This document shows, in pieces, positions 47,824-58,200 of a DNA stretch of 64,000 bases. Location: the NCBI GenBank assembly GCA_036677065.1, contig JAKFBS010000002.1, positions 640,001-704,000 of the forward strand, given 5' to 3'. Positions within the stretch are counted from its first letter, which is position 1; the number at the start of each line of letters is the position of its first letter. The notes beneath the pieces are model-generated. The model ran no database searches and was not told the origin of the DNA. It saw only the letters and a program-made list of their open reading frames with translations. This stretch comes from Bdellovibrio sp. (GTDB lineage Bacteria > Bdellovibrionota > Bdellovibrionia > Bdellovibrionales > Bdellovibrionaceae). A program made the position numbers and the translations under genes.

Positions 47824-48405
47824 ATGAATAACGGTTTAATGCTAACAAGCTCAATAATTTTAATGGCGTTTCTTACGCTATCCGCGTTCGATGGAATTTA
47901 CTTTCATCTTTGGAAGTTCAGACTGCAAGAGCGTGAGGATTCAAAAACTGAACACATTATTCACACAATTCGGGCGGTCCTTTTTATTCCAACGATCATT
48001 TTTATTTACTGGATAGGACTAAAAGGCATTCTGCTTTGGGCTACAGTGGCCGTTCTTGCCATTGACATGATAACCGAAGTTGCAGACGTACTTAATGAAC
48101 GTGCTAGCAGGATGACCCTTGGAGGCCTACCTTCATCTGAATACCTGCTTCACATCGTGCTGACTACATTACGGGTCGCAGCTATTTCATTAGCCTTAGC
48201 AGCACTTCCTTTAGAGGCTTGGAACATATCTACTGAAGTTGAAATTACGTTGCCTGATCTGGCGAAGTTTATTGCCTTACAAGCACTTCCGGGCGCAGTA
48301 GTTGTTGCGGCACTGCATATATATCTTATTTTCGATCCTATGCTGATTTCGCGCCTGGAAATGTTTATTAAAGGTAAATGCTGTGTGGCTAGAGAGAATT
48401 TGTAA
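47824..48405 (+). CDS. Polytopic membrane protein with His-rich motifs
   Basis: DGIYFHLW, EHIIH, EYLLH, several TMs, ends KCC; RBS GAGGAG. Confidence 0.7.
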   Translation: MNNGLMLTSSIILMAFLTLSAFDGIYFHLWKFRLQEREDSKTEHIIHTIRAVLFIPTIIFIYWIGLKGILLWATVAVLAIDMITEVADVLNERASRMTLGGLPSSEYLLHIVLTTLRVAAISLALAALPLEAWNISTEVEITLPDLAKFIALQALPGAVVVAALHIYLIFDPMLISRLEMFIKGKCCVARENL

Positions 48406-48414
48406 GAAAAAAAT

Positions 48415-48491
48415 TGGGGCGACCAACGGGGCTTGAACCCGCGACAACCGGAATCACAATCCGGTGCTCTACCAACTGAGCTATGGCCGCC
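48415..48491 (-). tRNA. tRNA-His (GTG)
   Basis: Reverse complement GGCGGCCATAGCTCAGTTGGTAGAGCACCGGATTGTGATTCCGGTTGTCGCGGGTTCAAGCCCCGTTGGTCGCCCCA; G-1 and encoded CCA. Confidence 0.97.
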
Positions 48492-48672
48492 ACTGACGAA
48501 AGAGACTCAAATTTATAATTAATTTTTGGTCAAATGGCAAGAATTTGGATTTCAAAACTGTTAAAAGGCCATATCGTCTAACAAACCTGTGGCAATTTGG
48601 CTAATTTTTCAGCCTTTTTTGGACAATACGCCACTTTGACGATGGCTTTAGAAGTGTTAGGCTTTAAATCAT

Positions 48673-49290
48673 ATGAAAACTTTATTCTCTATACTTATCG
48701 CTACCCTAGTTTTATCAACGGCAAACGCCCAAACTAAAACGGCATCTGCGACCACAAAGACAGCAAAAACGGAGACCAAAAAAGTGGAAAAATATAACCC
48801 CGAAACATGTGCCTTTCCTAAAGATGACGATGCTTTAAAAAAATTATTAACTCCTGAACAATACGCGATCACGAAAAAAAATGGCACTGAACGCCCGTTC
48901 GATAATGCGTACTGGAATAATCACCATCCCGGCATTTATGTTGATGTGATTTCAAAAGAACCATTATTTTCTTCAAAAGATAAATTTGAATCTGGTTCTG
49001 GCTGGCCAAGTTTTACCAAGCCCATCGATAAAGGTGTCGTTGTTGAAAAATCTGATTCAGCCCACGGCATGGATCGCGTAGAAATTCGCTCAAAACGTGC
49101 GGATTCGCATTTAGGCCATGTGTTTACTGACGGACCAAAAGATAAAGGCGGCCTTCGTTACTGTATGAATTCAGCCTCATTAAGATTTGTGCCTTTAGAA
49201 AAACTAAAAGATGAAGGTTACGAAGATTATCTGAAATTATTTACAGCTAAAGAAATCGCGGATGCGAAAGCGCACCCGTTTAAGCAGTAA
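48673..49290 (+). CDS. msrB: Peptide methionine (R)-sulfoxide reductase with signal peptide
   Basis: [30 protein letters not shown]. Confidence 0.92.
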   Translation: MKTLFSILIATLVLSTANAQTKTASATTKTAKTETKKVEKYNPETCAFPKDDDALKKLLTPEQYAITKKNGTERPFDNAYWNNHHPGIYVDVISKEPLFSSKDKFESGSGWPSFTKPIDKGVVVEKSDSAHGMDRVEIRSKRADSHLGHVFTDGPKDKGGLRYCMNSASLRFVPLEKLKDEGYEDYLKLFTAKEIADAKAHPFKQ

Positions 49291-49294
49291 GAAC

Positions 49295-52200
49295 TTATTC
49301 CCAATCAAGCAGAACTAAACGACCGTCTGGAGTTAAAGCCACCTGACGGGCTTCTTGCACCAAGGCTGTATCACGATCAATAGCTTTAGCGCTCTGTAAT
49401 GAGGTCACACGTGTTTGATCATTCGAGCGTTTGGCGATCTCTGGCGCAATTTTAGTGAATTTATCCCAGACCGCTTGTAATTCATTGAGCTCTTTTTTCT
49501 GACCATCAGTAGGAGTCTTAGTCGCTTTTAAAGAGAACAACCGATCTTCGACTTCATTTAAAGTCATTTTAATTGGAACTCTTTCATTCACGATATATTC
49601 AAAGTTTTTACCATGATCAAAAACTTTGACGACATCCAATCCCGGAATACCTACGTACTTATCACGCGTCTGAACGTAAGTTTGAAAAAAGTCTTTTCCA
49701 CTTTTTTGGCCAGATACGCCAGTTGTTAAAAAAGGAAGTCTAACTACTTTGTTAGGATCTTTCATCGCGTATAAATTTGAAGTATTACCCGCACCAATAT
49801 AATCGCCAAGCTCAAAACTTTCGACCTTACCACTTTGCGCAGAGGTGGCCTGAACCACATCACCTTTTTTAAGTCCTGAAAGTACATTATCGTACTGCGA
49901 TCGTTTAAAATTGATTTGTCTTTCAACTTGCCATGCATTTAATCTAGATGGATCTAAAAGTTTTTGATCAGCTAAATTAACTATCACCGGGTCTTTGATA
50001 GCTGCTGGAGTTCGCTCTAAATTTTTATATTCTAATAATAATTTAGTGGCATTACCTTTTACATCATAATGTACAGAATTGGTGACATCTTTGTTTTTTA
50101 ACCAGCCCGCAAAAGCCGGATCGTTTTTATATCTTTTTAAAAATTCGACTACTTCAGGAGCTTCTGCTTTTTCGTTATCAGAACGTTTCGCAATATTAAC
50201 TAACAAGTAATCTAACGAAGCTTGTGAATGACGTTGATCTAACTTTGCGGCGTCAGCGGCTGCTAAAGTTGCTGCCCGGGCCTGAGGAGCCAGTTTAAAT
50301 TCTTTAAACGGATCGCCGTGTAAGCTTTCTTCGTGGCGTAACATTTTCTCCATCGCGCCAGCCACATCTTCTGCCGGCGAATCGTTAGTTAAAACGATTT
50401 TTTTATCCTGATAACGTAAGGTCATTTTTTTTATTAAACCATTACTGTCTTTGACGACGATTACATTCTGCTGAATAAAATCATTTTGCTTTTGTAAGCG
50501 CGCAATAGCCCCACCCACAAAATGACTAAGCTCTGTTTGCTGGGTTTTAGAAAATTGCGGGCTAGTCGCCGCATGCTGCTGTAAAGCTTCTAACTGGCTC
50601 ATTGTTTTTTCGGGGTTTCCGATTAACATCTCATGCGGAAGCTGTAATCCCTTATTTGGGGGCACACCGATTTCACGAATGGCTGTTTTTGGATTAGCCG
50701 CCAACGGAGCGCCACCTAATTCATAGAAAATTTTATCCACGCCACCACGAGTACCCTGGCTTAAACGATCAAATGTTGAATGCACAATTCCAGCCGGAGA
50801 CTGCGGTGCTGGGTATCTGGGAATCACAACGCCGTTAATGACCTGATCAGTAGCAAAAATAGAATCAGCAAAAAGTAATTTAGCTTTTGGATGTTTGGCA
50901 TTACCTAATGAAGTAGGAACAATATTATTTGATAAAAAACTCCAGTAGCCTTCATTCGGGCCATTATGACCTAAATTTGCTAAGATGCGTTCGCGAAATT
51001 GATTTTGCGTAATATGACCGGCATTTAAATCGCGAATCGCTAACTGCATTCCTGGCAATTCGTGTAAATAGCCCCGAAGCACCGGCACTTCAGCAATGAT
51101 TTCTCTGACTTCTTGATTTGTTAAATTAGGATTCAACAAATTCGGATGCGGAAAACCCAGATCTTTCAGAACCGTTTTTAATTCTTGCGCTGCCGGAGTT
51201 TTCACCGTTCCACGAAGAGTATCAAATAGTTCATCTGATTCTTTGGTGTTTTTTAAAAGTAAGTTTTCTTGAAACTTTGCAAGTTTACCTACATCAGAAT
51301 CAAGCATACCGAATTTTAAACCTTGATAATCTACTCGGGCTTTATCTAAAACCTTAGCCACCACCGGATTACGAGTGGCGGCAATTAAATCTTCCTGATG
51401 TAAAATTGATTTTACTTCTTTAGGAGATAAATCTGCACCTCTTAAAGCCTCTACATAACGATCAACTTGCGCTTCTAACTCGGGTGTTGATTTAGAAATA
51501 CCGGAATGGACCGCCTTTAATTCAACGGGTAACGCAGCACTAGGCGTAACCATAGCTGAAGGCGCTGAAGTGCTTGCTGGTATTCGCTGTGTTTTTTTGA
51601 ACTTTTCAGGATCAATGATTTGTTTTGGATTTTGAATTAAGTCATCCACTGTTAAATCAGCCTGCTCATCTATTTTTTGAAATCCATCTTTGCCAACAAG
51701 GGCTTCAATATCGTTTTTTAATCCGTATTTTTGCGCAATATGCTGTTGCTGTTTACGAATCACTAAAAGTTCTAATTCTTTATTTTTGTTACCATAGCGT
51801 TTTACACCATAAAGAACGCGGTCATACTCGTAACCTAAATTATGATATTGATCCAGAGCTACTTTTTTCACATCTTCGGCCGCATTAGATTTTGTCTTAG
51901 CTAACACCGATTTTTGCGTCGCCATGTGCGCAAGCTCAGTGTTATCTGATATAAATCCAGCCTTAATAGCCGCTTTTGTATTTACTTCGCTGGCCCAAAA
52001 ACTTTTTGCCGTGCTTCCCAGATTATTTTCAATCGTTTCAGCAGTAAGACGGTAATACGGCAGCGCTAGGTCGACATCACCTGATTTTAGAAAGTCATTG
52101 GCTACATTTGAAGAAATGCGCGCAAAGTTTTCTGGTTGAAATTCACGATCTGCGCGGCTTAACCGGTTAACAATCTGACGTTGCTTTTCAATAACCGGAG

Positions 52201-55200
52201 TTAATGGGTGCCCAGAAGTTAATTCAGCGGTGCTACGAAGCCCCATTGAACGGCCTCTAATGCCGATCACGCTATCAAGTTCTTCAACCAATGAATTTGT
52301 AGACGCATTTGATGAACTTAAAGCCTGCGCTTTCACGCGATCTGTTGCCGGATTTCTTGCTACACCTTTAGCTTCAACAACTTGAAAAACACTTTCGCCG
52401 TTTAAAGGCTGTGCACGTTTTGGCACACCCACTTTAGTGCGAAGTTCTGTTAAATAAGCTTTATCATAATCAAGACGACTTTGAGCATTTAATAATTTAA
52501 TTTTTTCTTCACGAGAAAATTCGCGCAACTGCCCCATCGCTTCGCTGCGTGACATATTTACGGGTGTTGAAAAAGATAGGTGCACAGGATCAGTTTTGCC
52601 TTCAACATTATTTAAAGTGATTTGCCAGACCGTAAAGTTTTTATCTCCAGAGCGGCCAACATCTTTTGCGACAATTGAACCCAGTGACTCATCAACTTGA
52701 TCTAAGGCATCACGTGAATCATTAATAAAGGCTTGTCTGCGATCAACGCTGGTTTGCATATTAGAAATATCGCGTTTAACAGCTCTGTTTGGAATTGCCG
52801 GCTTACCCGCTTTGCTTTGCGCAATTACCGTTTGTTTATCGACTGCAAAATTAACCGTGGCGGCTTTGATTTCATCAAAACTAAAACCCTTACCATAACC
52901 TTGCGCTGATAATTCTTTACTGACTGATTGTACTCTTAAGTCACCGCGCGCGCGATCTGTTTTAGTGTGCGACACTTCATGCAGTAGCGTTGAAAAACGA
53001 GCATCCGTATCATAATCGATATTAATATAAACTGCGCCTTCAGGAGTTGTAACTCCAGCACTATTGGCCAGTAATGGGTTGCTGGCATCGTCATAGATGA
53101 CTTTAGTTTTACCTTCAACCTTAAGACGCGCTTTACGGCGTAAATCGGCTAATTGCGCTTCACTGCGTGCGTTTTTAAAATCCTCATCAATTTGTGAACG
53201 CAGCGCCAGCGGATCTTTACTTCGAGACGACTCAACTTTAACACCCACATAGGCAGAATTCGAATCACCTAATTCACGGTCAGTCATTTTTTTAAAGCTG
53301 GTACTGCCATCTTTATTTACAACACCAACAGTGTAAATGATTTCACCTTTGATTTTATCGCGACCTACAACGAGACCCTCTTTGACTTTATCACCAATAC
53401 CGGCGGTCACGACATAATCACCGGTTTTAAGCTGCGCAAGCGGTTTCACAATAATCGGCGTCACCGGTAAATTAGTGACCGATGCTGGCGAACGAATAAT
53501 ATTTTGTGCTAGAGCTAAATTCTCTAAACCTTTAACGCCGCCCCGGCGGTAAGCTTCAAACACAGCGTTTGATGTTACCCCACTGCGGCGGGCTAATTCA
53601 GACAATGCAGAATGAGTTTCAGCATTTAAATCTGGCTTATCGACAGAGCGCCCCTTACCGACAGCATCTTTAGCTGCGCGATGGCCTTCATCTAAGATTT
53701 GTTGCAATTCTGAATTTGATTTACTTTGGTAAGTTGCGCTTCGTTCGCGATCAGCTTTTACTTTTTTCAAAGCGTCTGGCGTAGTTGTCGCTAACAGCTG
53801 ATCTTGAGTTAAATGAATTTGGTTAGCAATACCTGCTTCATCTAAGTACTCAACAACATAAGTTTTAGCTACACCTGGCTTTGCTTCTAGTTGTGATAAT
53901 ACACGACCCTGACGTAATTCGCCATTTCCTAATGGAACCACGATGTCTGGATTTTGTTTTTTATCTTTAGATACCAGTAACGGAGAATCCGGTGTGTTAT
54001 CAACAACAGACGTGGCCTCACGTTTTACAACAGGAGGTTTGCTTCCCCATTCGCGCGTGATTTTAGTGTTTGTTGTGTCTTCTAAATCTGTCTTATAGAT
54101 AATAGTTTCTTTACCGTTAACTTCACGCAGTAAGTAGCCACCATTTTTTGCTGGGCCGGTGATAACACCTTCAAGCTCACCAGTTCCATTAAATTCACTG
54201 ATCAGAACTTTATCACCAACACGTGCATTGCTGGCATCAACGGGAACTGCTTTTTTAGCCACGGCAGCAACAATTGGGGCGCGTTCTAACGAAAGCTCTT
54301 CAGCGTTTGCAATAAACCGAGCATTCGGATTACGTGTAATCTGTGCGTTAGTTAAATCATCTAAATCATTTTTATAAATAATTGTTTCTGCACCATTGGC
54401 TTCGCGTAAGATTAACCCGCCATTATGAGCATCACCTGCAATAGCACCACGCAACTCACCGGTTCCGTTAAACTCGTGAATCACGACTTGATCTCCAATG
54501 CGTACTTCGCTTGGGGTGACTTTGATAAGTTGTGAAATTTCTGATGAGTTATTACCAGTAATACCTTTGCGTAATAAAAGCGTGGCTTCCGGATTTGAAA
54601 AACCAGCTTTACGTAAAATTGCTGTTTTTTCTTTAAGTTCTTTAGCGGTGTAATCAAAATAACCGCGGCCTTCGCCACCCACATTATGTGAAGCTAAAAC
54701 AGCATTTTTCTGCGCTTCGGTTAGCGGGCGTTTTACGTAATCGGCAGCAGCCTTCACCCGTGATGGATTATCTAAATCTCCATTCACTTTTAATTCAGCT
54801 GTTAAACCGCGATAAAATTGCGATTCGCTAGTCGCTTGCGCACCCAAATTAAATTCTTTACCTTGTGAATCCTTAACCCGAATTGTGCCATCTTTGTTTC
54901 TACGAATAAATTTAGCATCTAAATCTGCGCCACCGCCGCCGGCCAAAGCTTCAAAGTTTTTCACAGTGACTTGATCACCGGCTCGAACCATCTCTGGTTT
55001 AATTTTAACTTGCGCGACCACTTCATCACCACGAGCGGCAAAAGCAGAAACCTTGTTGCTAATGATACGCGGAGGCACAACGGCCTCTAAACTTTGACGA
55101 TTGATCGTCTCTATAGCGGGATTAACTTGACGTGCGTACAACGGCGCACGGTCAGTGTATTTATTTAATAAACGACGCTCTGATAAAGATAAGGTCGAAC

Positions 55201-58200
55201 CATCAATATCCGCTTTTTGCACAGCTTTTACAAATTTCTCTGCATTAGCAAATTCGGCATTACCAATATAACCGCCACGAGGATTATAACTCATACTTTG
55301 GCGTAACATTTCAGTATCGAAATCTTTTTTACCCGGAAACAACTTATCAAATAAGGCACTAGATTCTTTTTTCGAACCGACAGAAGCATAATCAAGAGCT
55401 GCGGCTTTATTTTCGTTATAAATTCCCAGTTCACGCGCAACACTTTCACGTTGGCGTGGATTTAAACGAGAGCTTTTAAGACGATCTTGTTCGGCTAAAT
55501 AATCAAGTTGATTTCTGGCATCACCGGCCACTTCAGCTGGATCAACAGCTCTTACGCTAATTGGCGCAGAATCTGCGCTTGCGATTTTTCTGATAACTGC
55601 TGAATCCACTTCTAAACTTTGACGTGGAAGTAACGCCACGTCCGCATTAGTTTGACGTGCATACAATGGCGCACGATCAGTAAATTTATTTAATAAGCGA
55701 CGTTCAGCTAATGATAAATTAGCTGCGTTAATATCTGCTTTTCTTACCGCTGCAACGAATTTTTCTGCATTGGCAAATTCGCGGGCATTGATGTATCCAC
55801 CACGCGGATTAAAACTCATTGTCTGGCGTAATAACGTGTCATCAAAGTCGTTACCATTCGGAAACACTTTACTAAACAACTCCCTAGCTTCTTTACGCGA
55901 AGCGACCGCCGGATAATCCATCGCTGCGATTTTATTTTCATCTGCAATACCTAATTCAAGAGCTGCATTTTGGCGTTGTTTTGGATTTAAATTTAAAGTT
56001 TTTAAGCCATCTTGTTCCGCTAAATAATCTAGTTCATTACGAGCACCACCAGCTTGTGCTGAATTAAACACATCCGCTTGGCTGACATCTGTGCTCTTAG
56101 TACTGACTTGCATTTGCGGTTTAGCTTTACGGGCTAATTTAACTTCTTCATAAAGCTCATTGATTTCTTTATTTTGGCGCTTTGCTAATTCTTCTAAGGC
56201 CCGTTGACCTTCGATATCAATCTTTTTGCTTTTTAAAGCTTTATCAGGCTTACCCGAAACACCATAATCGACATTATAAGCATCGCGCCCGCCGCGAGAA
56301 TCGGCTTGGCGAAGGCTATCATCTAAAATTTGTTCAAGCTCTGCTGATGAACGATCTGCAAAACTAGCACGTCTGGCTTCACGAATTTTTGCCTGGCGTA
56401 CAGCTTGTGGCGTATTAGCTTTTTTAAGTTCTATTTCATTCATGCGCACAACAGTTGCTGGTTTTCCCGGAGGATAAATCTCAACTTCGTATTGGCCTTT
56501 GCCATTTGGACCACTAATAACTTTACCTGGATAAGAAACATCTTTTCCAACCACAGGTACATTAATTATTGGGTTTTCAATTTTACCTGGTAATTTTACG
56601 TTCGCTGCCGTTAATTCAGCAGCCGTTTTACGAGTGCGCCCGATGCCTGCACCCTTTTGATAAAATTCAACTTCATAATACCCGCGCGCATCCGGGCCAC
56701 TCATTACCGCCCCTGGATTTGTGCGGCCAGTATTTCCCATCGGGACTTCAAGTTGTTTACCTTTGATGATATCAAATTTTGGAATTGCCGATTGTTCTGA
56801 AACAATGCGCACATTATCTAAGCCTGGGCTTCCGGTTACACCTTTACGCAATAAAAGACTGGCTTCATCTTCACTTAGACCTGCATCACGTAACGCTTTA
56901 GCTTTTTGGCGAAGTTCAGTTTTACTTAAAGCAAAAATGCCTTTGTCCTCGGCGATCTTATGCGATTTAAGAACTGCTTGTTGTTGGACCGCAGTCAGTG
57001 GTCTTTGCAAATAATTCTCGGCCGTTTTTACGCGGACTACATCATCAGCAATTTCTAAGTTTTGTTTAATTTCTGCAGTTAAACCACGTGAAAACTCAGC
57101 ATCTTTGACTTCAGATTTAATTAAATCAAATTCTTTACCGGCTTCATCTTTAACGCGTACAGTGCCGTCAGTGTTTTTTCTAACCACACTGGCATTAAGC
57201 TCTGATCCGCCCTCAAAGTTTTTAACATTAACGGCATCACCAGGACGAATAAATTCTTCTTTTAATTTTATTTTTTCAACGACTTCAGTCGCGCCCGCTT
57301 TCGCCGTCGGTGGCGCTAAACGTTCTGCAGATTTAACTTCATCACGAAGCAAATCAAATTCTTTACCATTACCATCGCTAACGCGCAGTAAGCCATTTTC
57401 TAATTTTTTAACAATTTTAAATTCAGCATCTTTGCCACCTTCAAAATTAGAAACTTTAATTTGTTCACCTTCGATGAAACGCACATTATCGCTCTTATCA
57501 ACATAAGTCGTTGGCCTGTTATCGACCTTCGCATTTATTTGCGGAGTAGAGCCTGAGCCACCGCCGCTATTCGATTTAAAAATTGAAACTGGCTCAGGTT
57601 TAACTTTTGCAAAACTGGCTACAGGAGCAACTGCACCAGTGTTATTATTAGAAGTTAAAGCTCTGACTAATTCATCTTCAGCAGCCGTCGAGGGTGCATT
57701 CTGTGTGAACGATTCAGATGCCGGAGAGCGGCTTGAGCCTCTTTGAACATTATTTGCAGGAGCTGCATTGCCAAAATTCTGCATATCAGCTTGCGCAATG
57801 ACAGGCTGATTACGTTGAATAACTGGGGTTGCAACCGCTTGCGCAGCCGCCGCTGGACGGCTTGGTGCTGCCGCGACAGCCATTGCACTATTGTTGCTGC
57901 TGCTGCTCCGCATATCAAGTCCTGCAGGTTGCGAATAGTTTGCCACTGAAGGTGTCATTGTTTTCGCAGGCTGCGGAATAACTTTGTTTTGCGCAACCGC
58001 TTGCTCAGTTTTCAGTTTGCTGGCTAAAAATTCATAAAACTGATTGTCATCTTTTATTTCTGGATTTGTTTGATATAATTCTTGTGCCCTAACTCTTCTT
58101 GAACGCATGCTGCCGTCACGGTGCTGATAAGCAACTTCAGCCATATTACCTTGAGGAGTCTGTTGTAATTTTGTTACAGTTGCAGGAATTATTTCGCCAG

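Noticed and set aside
48415..48491. Prophage or ICE integrated at tRNA-His
   Set aside because: No integrase, phage genes or duplicated tRNA 3' end seen
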